This document shows, one piece after another, positions 13,340-25,061 of a stretch of 64,000 nt of DNA (positions are counted from its first letter, which is position 1; each line of letters starts with the position of its first letter). A program made the translations under genes and the position numbers. The stretch covers positions 45,440,956 through 45,504,955 of the forward strand of contig JARFYF010000074.1 of the NCBI GenBank assembly GCA_030265395.1, in the 5' to 3' direction. A model generated the notes under the pieces. The model did no database searches, was not told the origin of the DNA, and was given only the letters and a program-made list of their open reading frames with translations. The DNA is from Rhina ancylostomus (taxonomy: Eukaryota).

Positions 13340-14150
13340 GATTAGGAATGACTTTCTTCCACTTCAGTTTTGGGGGTTCCAAGCTGGCTATTGAGGCCAA
13401 TGTGGGAACCACAGACTCTTCCATGATGAGGCAGGAGATTGCTGAACAGGCCCTTCTTCCACTGTTTACACAGGGCTTCTGTGTGCTGCAAATACAAGGC
13501 CTCAAGGTTCTCAACACCATCCCGAAAGTTCCCTCTCCACTTTTAGCAGCCATGAACCAGAGCTTCCCAAGGAAGCATTGAACGCATCTCCGATTCTCCT
13601 CCCATGACAGAGGTTGGGAATGGAGTGTCTGAATTGGGAGCCCAGTATCAGGTATGTGAAAAATGTAGCCTGCCCCATGTAGCTGAGTATCACAAAGCTG
13701 AGGATGTCAGCCCGAGAGAGGGCACCAACATTGGTTCACATATCCTTCCAGTGAATTTGGAGGATTCCTAGCTATAACATTGATTGTATTTTTCCAGTGC
13801 CTTAAGATTCCTTTTGAGGACAACCCATGTACAGGAAAGCAGGGATCACTGTGCCCTGTGGACCATGAGTTTTGTATCAGGTCTTGATCTTCAAATACCT
13901 TCTTTCCCTCAATTGACCAAAGTCTGTTCTGTTGCATTGAAGATGAAGTAAATTTCATCATCAGTGCCTAATCTTCACTGGGAGAGTTCCCAAGATATGA
14001 GAACAGGTCCACATATTTTAGGTTTTTCTCCAGCAATAAAGGTTCATGACAACAGTGTGGTGCAACAGGCGGCAGTTTGGTAGATAACTGTAGTCTTGCA
14101 GAAGTTAAATGCAAGGCCCACCCTCTTGTATCCTTCTCACATCATCTGGG
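13340..14150 (-). mobile_element. RTE-clade LINE 3' fragment, decayed
   Basis: Frameshifted remnants including FSYLG, KVFEDQDL and GRR.G, typical of RTE ORF C-termini. Confidence 0.65.
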
Positions 14151-14151
14151 T

Positions 14152-14810
14152 CATAGATTTATGGAGTTATTCAGCACAGCAACAGGCCCTTCAGCCCAAC
14201 TTGTCCATGCCGAACAAGATGCCCAGCTAAGCTAGTCCGATTTGCCTGCATTTGGCCCATGTCCCTCTCAACCTTTCCTGTCCTTGTACCTGTCCAAGTG
14301 TTATTGTACTTGTCTCAACCACTTCCTTTGGCAGCCGGTTCTATATACACCTCTCTGTGTGAAGAAGTTGCTCTTCAGGTCCCTTTTAAATCTCTCCCAT
14401 CTCACCTTAAATCTATGTCCTCTGGTTTTTGATTCCCTTTCCCTTGGAAAAAGATTGTGTGCATTCACCCTATCTATGCCCCTTATGATTTTATACACCT
14501 CTATTAGGCCAACCTTCAAACTTCTACACTCCAATGAATAAGGTCCTAGCCTGTCCAACCTCTCCCTGTAACTCAGGCCCTCAAGTTCTGGCAACATTCT
14601 CGTAAATCTTCTTTGCGCTCTTTCCAACTTAATGGTGTCTTTCTTGTAACAGGATAACCAAAACTGTACACTGTACTCCAGCTGTGGCCTCACCAACATC
14701 TTGTACAACTGCAACCTAACATTCCATCTTCAAGACTCCATGCCCCAACTGATGAAGGCCAGCATGCCAAATGCCTTCTTCACCACCTTACCTCCCTATG
14801 TTGCCACCTG
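14152..14810 (-). mobile_element. CR1 LINE 3' end
   Basis: ORF 14301-14714: LYKMLVRPQLEYSVQFW…LERAQRRFTRMLPEL..LSY.ERL…TRGHRFK. Confidence 0.92.
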
Positions 14811-17800
14811 AGTTTCCAAGTATTTAGCCATAAACCCCACCTTTTTGCTTAGGAATCCAATATTCAATTAGTAATCTTGGAAAGATTTTGGCTTTTGATT
14901 TTTAGAGCTTACAGGTGCATTGAAGCCCAACAAATCATGAAATCTTTATTGTAACAAAGATTTCAAAAGGAGAGAAAACAGATGCTTGGTATTAGTGGTA
15001 GCAAGGGCTTAAGTTGACTATGTAGATTTTTGTAACTGGAGAAAGATGCAGAAAAAGTGGTGGATGAGGAGGGCATAAAAATAGAGAGTAAATGAAGATG
15101 ATTCTACTTGCCATTTAAATGAATAACCTTGGGAAGCTATTAAGGAAATTTTAAGTCAGAATGTACAATGACAAGGATGAAAGTTCAAATAACAGCTCAA
15201 GTGTTTAATATTGTTGAGTTAAATTGGTGGGTCTGGTAGAGGTTAAATCTGTTTCTGGCTAAATAAAGTACTGAGATTGGGCATCTAATGGTTCTGGGAT
15301 GGAGGCTGGTGTTGCAATACAAATAAGTGTCATGAGCAGTCACAGGGAAGTTGATCTGGTTGCAATGGATAATGTTGCCGAAGGGTTCAGAATGGAGTTT
15401 TGATACAGTTTGAGGAATCTGTGTTTACCTTAACTGTTCCTTTCATCCCATTGCCTGTTTGTTTATGGCATGAGTTTCAGAATTTACAGAAATTTTCTGA
15501 TCCCATTTCTTATCTTCATATTTTAACTGATTTTTTTTTCTAAACTGACACCAGCTTATCACAAGGAATGTAACTAACATAGTTCACCAGTTTCTTAGTT
15601 AATTATGGACAATTTAAATCACTTAATAGAACACAATGCTCTAATCATCTGTCATGCTTGCGAGCTCTGGCCAATGTCACTAGCTATAACTTGTTTGAGT
15701 ACGTAATGGGCTTGGTAGAAACTAAGAAAAATGTTCAGACATTTTAAGTCATTTTACTTGTAAAGAATTCCATTCAAAATTTTTGATTGTTTTAAGAATC
15801 ACCACCCACTAGCTAAAACAAGCCATTGCATATGTAAGTTATTAAAATGTTCAGAAATGTTGGGCATTGGGAGAAATTCAAAAAAAGGTACTTTTTTTTT
15901 CTAGATTCACTACCAAAAGCCACAGTGGGCACAGGTTAAGATTAATTATTATTGGCTGATAGTTGCAAGTTGGAAATAATTTACTTTGTGGTCTAAATAA
16001 TAGTCCTCCCGAGGGCCAGGCAAAGATGAACACAGCTCTGCAAGTCCCAGGTTTGCATAGTCTTATTCCTGTCAAAGTATGTGGATGTATGCCATATGGC
16101 AGGCAAACTATTAAGTTAAATGAGCCATTTTCAATTATAGACATCTGATATGCATGATGAAGAATCCTAGTAGTATCCTAAGGCAAAGGGCAGTTTTCAT
16201 TAATTGTCTTAATTTCAGGATACTGTCTTAAAAATTAGAATTATACATCTGAACATTCATAGAAATTATACATCTGAACACTGTTACAGAAGTTATAGTT
16301 ATACTTCTGTGGCTGCAAACACCTCAAAAGACATGTCTATAACCATTAAAGAGGTATGTGCTCCTTTGAATTCCTGATAGTGTTTCACACTAGAAATTAA
16401 CAATCATTTTCAGGGAGCAGTTGTCTTGAAATGGAAAGCATAGTATGTATTTGACATATGGCACTGAGTAACTACATTTGGAAATCACTGCAAAAGCACA
16501 GCTTTGTAGTATTTATATTCTGTATTATGTGAAATAAAATGTCTGTTGCTTCACAGATTGAATTTTGATCTGACTTGTGGAGAATTATGGGACTGAATGT
16601 GGTACATTTCAGGAAGCACATAGTGGCAGGGCTTCCTGTTGTTTACTTTGATGCTGGATAGGAGATTGTGCCACTGAATTCCTCTTGAGATCAAGAATTC
16701 TCAAATCCATTGTAAAAACTATAAAATATATGAATGTAAGTGTACCTTTAGGAACATGAGTGTTGATTACCTTCATTAAAGGATTGGTAGTTCCCTCCAT
16801 GGAAGCTGGTGCGGTGATTAGTATGGGTAGCAATGCCGTGCACCAGTTGAGGATCATCAACTTGGAGGGGAATGTCAAGCCTGGGCTAATAGGTGAGCTA
16901 AGCAGCTAATTGTAGAACCTCCCAAGAAGGAACACTGCACGCGTAGATTGAGTGCCAAAGGAATTGCAAAAGATCAAGTGATATAGAGCCAGGTCTGTGA
17001 TGGAATCGCATGGCTATGAATGGAAAGATGATATTCCCAGAAGTGTTGTTGCGCAAGTAGGTTATATCAACAAAGAATTTGCCTCTTGTGATATTAAAGT
17101 ACGAAGAGCATGTTTGAACCTAGGGATTTGCAGTTTGACTGTTCGAGTCCCTGCCGGAAAGAATTGTGCACATGTGCACTGTGGGGCAGGAAGTAATGGT
17201 GGTGGAATTATTGGGCAGATGGTGTCTATAGTGGAGTCCTCTGTAAAGGCCACCACAACGTGTAAAGGCAAACTTACAGAGCACAGTTTAAAGCAAATCA
17301 GGAATTCTGATCAGGACGACAGGTCACAAAGTGAAGGACTGTCTATTTTGAACAGCCAGAGTTCAGAGCATCATTTGGACAATGAGTTGCCATCTTTTGA
17401 ACAATAGGAATATTTGTAATCCTCAGAAGCAAGCAGTTTGGACAAGTAGTCTAGATTTGTTTTGATAATATAAGATACCTAGTTCTGCAGAGTACGAGTA
17501 CTTGGCTCACTGCAAGAATCCATTGATAAGGTGGAATGTTCAGCAGGGAGTGTTGTAGCAAGGTCATTTCAATCAAGTCAGCCTGATGCTATTTTGGTGG
17601 TGAGACCTTACAAGCTTCAAGAAAAGGTTTCTGTTGCTCACAGTACAATAGGGAACAGATTAAACTGGATGCCTTGAGACACAAATGTATTGTGATGCGG
17701 GCATTATTTAAAAGTTCCTAAAAACCGATAAATGTGATTACCCTTAGCCTAGACTTGATGTTGCCTCAATAAATTGTAACTGGAGAGGGTGAAAATATTG

Positions 17801-18489
17801 ATGGCTGTGTTGTGTGCAACTTCCTAACTTCAGAAGGGACAGTAGAAGAGGTCCAGTGCAGAGGGGAAGCCACAGTGAAGATGTAAGACAGAGTGACACC
17901 AAGGTGTGACCAAGGGAATCCTAAGAAGGATTTAAAATTTAAAACAGTATTTTTTTGAGACTAAGGGATTGTACTGGAAATAATGTAAAATTGCGTCTGT
18001 TGTAGTAAACAAATATTATTGCCCTGTGTTAAGTTTAGTGTTGGATTATGGTTATGCATAATCAAGGTAACAATAGTACAGACTGAGAGATTAGTTATAT
18101 ATAAAGCTTATTTGGATAAGTAATTTATGGGGACCATTAATACTTGGAATGAATAGTGCAGGGATATAAAGTTTAGCTTATTGGGTAGAGTTTGTAGTTG
18201 AAAGAGCTGAAGAACTGAGTCGATATATGTTTAGTTAAATCCAAAAACTGTATATGCATGTGCCTTAAATAATTAATTGTATAATTTCATATTTTTGCAG
18301 ATAATTGATAAAACAATTTAAAATACGTACATAATGATGGGTTGTATGAGATTGTAAGCAGTATGGTATATACAAAAGATACATTAATATATAAAGAGCT
18401 TACCTTGCACAAAGCATCATTTCTGTATCTGTATGTACCCACAGTATGGAGCAGGCAGCTCCTCCAGAGTGGCAAAGCATCTTTGAATC

Positions 18490-20760
18490 TACTACACTGA
18501 AAAACGCATCATCAGCACACAGAGATCAAATGGTCACATGCTAAATTCTTAGCCATTACCATCCAATATTACATGTTACATCCCTCCTTTAATAGTGAAA
18601 AAAAGGAAAAAAAAAAAATCACATCCAAAATAATGTGTGCTTTACTGTAGTCCAAAGTTTTCCAGATACATGGGTCATCAATATTCCTTCCAGAACTGGT
18701 CCTGTGCCAGTACCTTCATTGTGGAACACCATTGTCTGTCATGATTTTGTATGATCTGGGGTGGGGTGTGTGTGGGTAGAATAAACACTGCCACCTTCCA
18801 TGTCAAGTATCAATCTGATGTGGGCTTCATCCTCAATACTTAGAGGTGAAAGACCTTTGGCCCCTCATTGTCTTTCTGCACCTTTTGCACTTATGGTTCG
18901 AGTTGCACAACTGACTTGGTTGCTCTTGTTTAAACAAGCTTCACGATCCTGTCATGCTCCCATCTGCTGGACTACACTACTTCTAAATACAAGTGTGACA
19001 TCTTTCCAGTCTTCTGTAATAAAATGCATGTCATAGCTCTCTTTATTCTTTGGGTTCACTTCCTTCAGTGAAATCTCCCAGAAAGCTTGACTATACATGA
19101 TATGTTAGTTTTAACTGCACCATCTTGAGATTGATGCCTTGCCTCAGGATACTACACATTGTTTCTGAGTCACGTTGAAGTGTCACTGGTTTCCCTGGCA
19201 CAGGTATCTTAGCGTAGGTACATCTGAATTGACCACGTTTACAGTCTGGTACTCTGACCCCATCTTTGCATGGCTCATCTCAGCCATTCCACGGACTTTC
19301 AATGTGCTCTTCAATCTGTACTGTCTGTAGATATGATTTTCCTAATACTCATTGCTCACACACCTTCCTATTGACAGGGTATTTCTTCTTTAGCCAATTG
19401 AGCTGCCATTCACAATATTTGCAACATCTAGGTAACATTGGCTGTACTTTCCTTTTGGTCTCATACTTCATCACATCTACTTCCTTCTGTTGACCATCTG
19501 ACATTTCCCCCCTTTGGGCAACTATACAGCTTTGCGTTACTGTGTGCACTTTTCTAGAGTTAATCCTCGCTCACTTGGTAGCTATTCATTCATCCTGGGC
19601 TGCCACATTCCTCAAATAATCTGATCTCTGATAACCAAATCCTACCTATTTGTAAATTATCCTTGAACAGTATTAACTCGATTCAGCAAGTACCAAAAGA
19701 CTCTTCCTGCTGCTGGGGTGTGTTGTGACTGTGATCCGAGTCACCGGAGAGACACTGAGGCTGGTGATCTAGAAGTCGTTATTCATTACGACAAGCAGGC
19801 ATTTTCCTGGAGACCCTCTTGGTAGAATCTCTCAAACTCAAAAGTACATCAAATTTTTATACTCTTAAGAGTGAAGGTTAACAAGCAGGTGATTCAATTT
19901 CAATAGTTACAATTACATCATTTACTTCAATATTTTGAGTCTGATATTGCTTCCTTTTGAGTTACATGTCTACAATGGGAGACACCTCTGAATATTCAAA
20001 CATCTTTAATGGGACCAAGTAATTCACAAGGATGGTCTAAAAGGTTCTGAGGACAGAAAACCCATACACCCAAAATTAATGTTGTGAGGGCTGACTCTCT
20101 GAGTACACAAATATTCCAACTAACGATAAAGCAAATATACCTGGGACCATGCTTGATGTGCTAAGTGACAATATCAGTCTGGTCTGGGAACTTTCTTGAA
20201 CTCGGTCACAGTGGGTGTAAAATAACTTGGCCAGTGTTGCCCATTTTGATGTAGGATAATTAACATAACTCCACTGTCTTGCGTTTGGCTGCTTCATTCA
20301 AGGACGTCTCATGGTCACATCATTAGCAAACCACACCTCCTGCTGTGGGCCAGCAGCCTGTGATCTGCAGATGGTACTGGCATGTCCTTTTAACTTCAAA
20401 GTGATTACTGCTTGCAATTTACATTAAGAACAGAAGACTGGTTTGAATTAATTCCTGCTATATTCACATAATTCCATGACTCCCAAATCCCTGACAGACT
20501 GAATGTAAAGAACTGGCAATGGTTAACACTTTCACATCTTAGCTGGATGCAACACGTAATACAGTTAATACATCTGAAGTACTTATGGTATGGTACAATC
20601 CTCTCCGCTTGTGACCAATCAGATACAGTAACATTTATCTGTTCTGGTTTATCTGCCACAGCCAGCAAAAGGTAGAGTGCAAACTTCTCTTTCCATTTTC
20701 CATATTCTTTAGGCAAGTTGCTTGTATGGAAATCTCATGGTTTCAGCAACTTTACTGTTG
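18490..20760 (-). mobile_element. Decayed Ty3/Gypsy element (gag, zinc knuckle, PPT and 3' LTR start), interrupted by an LTR-like insert
   Basis: gag N-terminus NLPKEYGKWKEKFALYLL (about 20660-20725); QQQEESF…IRDQII.G…LTLEK (about 19545-19716); CKYC…KKYPVNRKVCEQ knuckle; purine tract AAAGGAGGGA followed by TGTAACA at 18590-18574. Confidence 0.7.
19721..20496 (-). mobile_element. Probable solo LTR inserted in the Gypsy gag
   Basis: On the minus strand begins TGTCAGG and ends …CACAACA; internal TATAAAAA (about 19862-19855); gag homology resumes on both sides. No clean target-site duplication seen. Confidence 0.5.
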
Positions 20761-22390
20761 CAGAGTGTACCATCTCATTCAAATCACACAGCTTGCTATC
20801 TCTTGGCACATATCCACAAGTTGTCCCTGCCGAGAGGGATCGCAGCTGACATTCAATGTCCTGATTCAAATGCTTGTCTTAAAAATCATGGTTTCATTAA
20901 CCAGCACTCCTAACACTGTGTCTCCTTATCTTTATGTCATTCATTCGCCAAGATCTGGGAGGATAGCTGGCTATTTGAAAGAACATAAAAAGTTATTTTA
21001 TTTATTAAAGAACTTACATTTTACAAAGCAGCATTTTTTTCTACTATGTGCCTCATTCCATACAGGCAGGCAGCATCTCCTCAGAAGCAGGCAAAGACCA
21101 TTTGGAAGCTTTTATGCTGAAGCAGCACACAGGGAGTAATTGGTGACATACCACACTTACTAAATTGGTACCAACCAATGTTATACCTTTTTCCCCAATG
21201 GAAAAGTACTGCTCCTAAATGTAGCATGGAAGTGCAGGCAAATTTGACAAAACTTGTGGAATTGTCAGTACACATGCATTTTCCATGACAACCAAATTTG
21301 GAGTGCTTTTGGTCAATCAATAACTAAATGCATTTTTAAGTAGCTGCAACAAATTTCAAGTTGTAAGTTTAATATACGAGAAATAAATTATGAAAAATTG
21401 ATCAAACACACTAAAAGCAAAATGGAACCAACGTTGACCCCAGTGTCGTAGAACCAAAAAGCTCATTCTTTTTCCAGTTCTAAAAAAAAAAGAGGATTGT
21501 CATCTCAGACAGAGAATAACCATAATCACCTTCACAGTTAACAAATGTAATGTAACTACATCAGTTGCACACATTGTCACGGACACAAAATCTGAATAAA
21601 AGTTCCTTAAAAGGGCATGTTGATAGAACAGTACCAAGTTTCTATGCTTTTCTTTAAAAAAAGCCATAAAGCATAAAAATAAACACATTACATCAACAGG
21701 TACATAGTGTCATTTATAAATAAGACACTTATTTTCTCCATTCTTAAAAGAATTTTATATTTGACATCTTTTGCTTGAGACCAAACCTTTGCAAAATAGA
21801 TTGGTCAATTGTATACTCTCAACATATCTTTTGATGAAATTCACTAGTCAGCCTCTCTTTCAGGAAGGAAGAAGCCCCTATGATTTTCTAACCCCAGTGT
21901 CATTTAAATTCAAAGTTTGGCAACAGCTGACTGCCAAACAGGTACCTTGATACAGCTCACTAGACTAAAAGACTGCACCAGCTTTGCTGCCAGCAAGTCA
22001 AGCTATGGCTGCAGAGGAGCTCCGAGATATTCTGCATTGACAGCCACACAGATCTGAGAGTTCTGGAAATTCGTCACATGGGATAACTTTCATGTTAAAA
22101 AGGGGCCAAATGCTTGACTTAACTTGACCCTTTAGACACCTAGTTTTAGGCTTCCTTTAAACAAAAAATGGAGCCAACTGCACTGTGTTATTCAGGCAGT
22201 AGTGATACAAAATCCATTTTACTGTCCTAATAGTGGCAGAGGACGGTACTAGAAACGGACCCCATTGGTTGTGCTCAAATGTGCTTCAGTCAGTGACAAA
22301 TAAACCTTATCAAGGTTGGCCAATCCAATATCCAGAGAGAAGGCAAGGTTCAGTTAATTGGAGAACATGGACTGTAACGAGCAGGTAAAA

Positions 22391-22713
22391 TTAAGTCGTC
22401 CGAGAGTTCACTACAAAGAAGACAACTACTGCAACAAATGCAATAGGCAAAATCAACGCAATCAACGCCATCCGTGATCGCCTGGATGTGAGATGATAGG
22501 ACACCACCATCTGACGGATGCCATTTTCATGGCAATAGCAGTCATAGTTGCCGAGTGCATTTCCTGTCACTAGGAGTCCTGAACTGTAGGAATCAATCGT
22601 AATGTTCTTGTTAGGAGTCAGCCACTCACAGTGGGCCTTTGAAGAAGAGGGCTTGCAATTGAGCATCACGTCTGAATGATGATCGATGACCAGAACAATT
22701 TCTTCTGCAGCTT
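22391..22713 (-). CDS. SEMA4F: Semaphorin-4F-like terminal coding exon: Ig domain, TM helix, 5-residue tail and stop
   Basis: Polypyrimidine tract then ttaag|AA GCT…; AAEEIVLVIDHHSDVMLNCKPSSSKAHCEWLTPNKNITIDSYSSGLLVTGNALGNYDCYCHENGIRQMVVSYHLTSRRSRMALIALILPIAFVAVVVFFVVNSRTT*. The C.PSS..A.C.W and G.Y.C.C.E.G patterns match SEMA4F as I recall it. Summed exons are 1901 nt with consistent phases. Confidence 0.9.
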
Positions 22714-23375
22714 CTTAAATGGAGGAAAGTATTAGCAAAGCAAATATCAAGATGAAAAAAAAGTTAACTTATTAAAAATAACATCAACTCTGACCAATTT
22801 AACTCTTAATTCACCAAAATTTAAGCAATCCCCAAATTACAAACCCCACCTTGGTTACAGGTGAAGAATCAGTCAGTAGAAAACGGGAAGAGCTGCAGTC
22901 AAGCTTACTTTCCCAGATCCAAAGTAATTACTGAAATATATACAGAAACAAATTCATGGAGATAAAATCTGTACATTTGTTGCATTGTACAAAAGGTAGG
23001 GCATGGCTTAAAATAAAAACTAGGGCCAAAAGAAATAACTGGCCAATAGCTTACCCCACTTCAAATCTTTCCCAACCTGATCCAAATTTACTGCTATGGC
23101 CCTTAATCTGCACCAATAGTGTCAATCTGTTGGATTTAGTTCAAACTTGAACTCAATATTAAAAGATATTTGAAGTTTTGGATATGACAGGATAATATGC
23201 AATTAATACTTGATGCAATTTCCCAGGATCATCCCATCTAGCTGGGTTGGAATTGGAACCCAGTTTCAAGGACAGATTTTTAATTTACTACAAATCCATT
23301 CCCCATCAACGTGACAGCTAATCCTTGTATCTGACTGGGTTGTTCAAAGAGGCTTTTCTTTTCCTCTCACTCCCA

Positions 23376-24350
23376 GAGGCTTTTCCCCAGGGCTGAAATG
23401 GTGGCGACAAGAGGACATAGGTTCAAGGTGCTGGGGAGTAGATACAGAGGAGATGTCCAGGGAAAGTTTTTTACTCAGAGAGTGGTGAGTGTATGGAATG
23501 GGCTGCCAGCAATGGTGGTGGAGGCAGATACAATAGGGTCTTTCAAGAGGTACATGGAGCTAAGTAAAATAGAGGGCTATGGGTAAGCATAGTAATTTCT
23601 AGGGTAGGGACATGTTCGGCACAGCTTTGTGGGCCAAAGGGCCTGAATTGTGCTGTAGGTTTCTATGTTCTATTTTCTATGTCCTCTGGCAGCTCATTCC
23701 ATATATGGACCAACCTCTGGGTGAAAAAGTTGCCCCTCACCATCCTACTAAACCTCCCTCTGCCTGTATTAATCTCCACCTGCTACTTCTCACCCCTTTT
23801 CACCAACAGGTCAATATCTCTGTGTGGCCTGTGCTCTGTTTCTACCGGGCTTTTCCCAGATGCCTTTCATGAAAATGGGGGCCTCATTTGCCATCCTCTA
23901 GTCATCTGATACTTGTGGCTAGCGAAGATTTATAAATCTCAGCCCCAGCAATCTCTTCCATTGCCTCCCATAACAGCCTAGGATAAATCTCATCGAGCTC
24001 TGGGGACTTATCCACCTTTAAGCCGACCAAGGCATAAGGCACCTCCTCTTTGATTACAGAGAACTGCACGAGAACTTCCCCTTCACTGAACGGACAACTA
24101 CAAAGTCCGTTTCCTTTGTGAATACCGATGAAATGCATTTAGGACTTCACCTCCACCTTCTGGCTCCATGCACAGAATGTCGCTGTTGGCCCTAATGGGC
24201 CCCACTCTTTCCCTGTTTATTCTTTTGCCCTTAATATATTCATAAAACAGATTCACCTTAATCCAATCCACCAGTGATATTTTATGACCCCTCTTTGCCT
24301 TATTCCTAATTTCCTTTCAGAGCAACACTTTTTTATACCCTTACTGGGCA
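23376..24350. mobile_element. Cluster of CR1 fragments (3' end on + at 23376-23680; ORF2 pieces on - to about 24350)
   Basis: TRGHRFKV…FFTQRVVSVWNGLP (ORF 23398-23586); LKVDKSPELDEIYPRLLWEA (ORF 23902-24138). Confidence 0.8.
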
Positions 24351-24363
24351 TTCCCCACCCTTA

Positions 24364-24607
24364 ATTTTTTTTTATTCACAGCGTGGTAACAGGCCCTTCT
24401 GGCCCAACGAGTCCACATCGCCCATTTTAAACCCCAAATTAACCTACCCGTATGTCTTTGGAATGTGGGAAGAAACCGGAGCACCCGGAGGAAACCCACG
24501 CAAACACGGGAGAACGTACAAACTCCTTACAGGCAACGGTAGGAATCAAACCCAGGTCGCTGGTGCCGTAATAGCCTCGTGCTAACCACTACGCTACCGT
24601 GCTGCCC
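24364..24607 (-). mobile_element. V-SINE (HE1-like), full length
   Basis: Reverse complement closely matches the 9591-9848 copy (A/B boxes, V domain, same tail). Confidence 0.88.
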
Positions 24608-25002
24608 AAACCTGTTTTCTGCTTCCTTTTACTTCTAATCCAACCCTCGATCAGGCTGTCCAATCCAATCAGGATCCTGAATACCCTNNNNNNNNNNNNN
24701 NNNNNNNNNNNNNNNNNNNNNNNNNNNNNNNNNNNNNNNNNNNNNNNNNNNNNNNNNNNNNNNNNNNNNNNNNNNNNNNNNNNNNNNGTAATGCATACAG
24801 AGGAGGTGACGTGGATGCTGCCAATTATACCTACTTTCCAGAAGAATAGGATCCATTGCTATCAGGTGTGAATCCATCAGACACATGGCAAGGGCAAGGT
24901 AGAACATACACAGGAAGTGTATACAAGTTTGAACTACAAAGACCATGATTTGTCTCAGGTTTTGTTGGATAATATTCACATAACCCACGTAACCACTATT
25001 AC

Positions 25003-25061
25003 CTGTCTGTGGTGGGCATAATCCTGCAGCATTGCCTTTCTTAATATCTTGTAAGAAGTCA
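25003..25061 (-). CDS. SEMA4F: Semaphorin-4F-like exon (59 nt)
   Basis: tgcag|T GAC…G|gtaata; DFLQDIKKGNAAGLCPPQT (QDI…LCP as in SEMA4F); phase 2->1. Confidence 0.9.
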
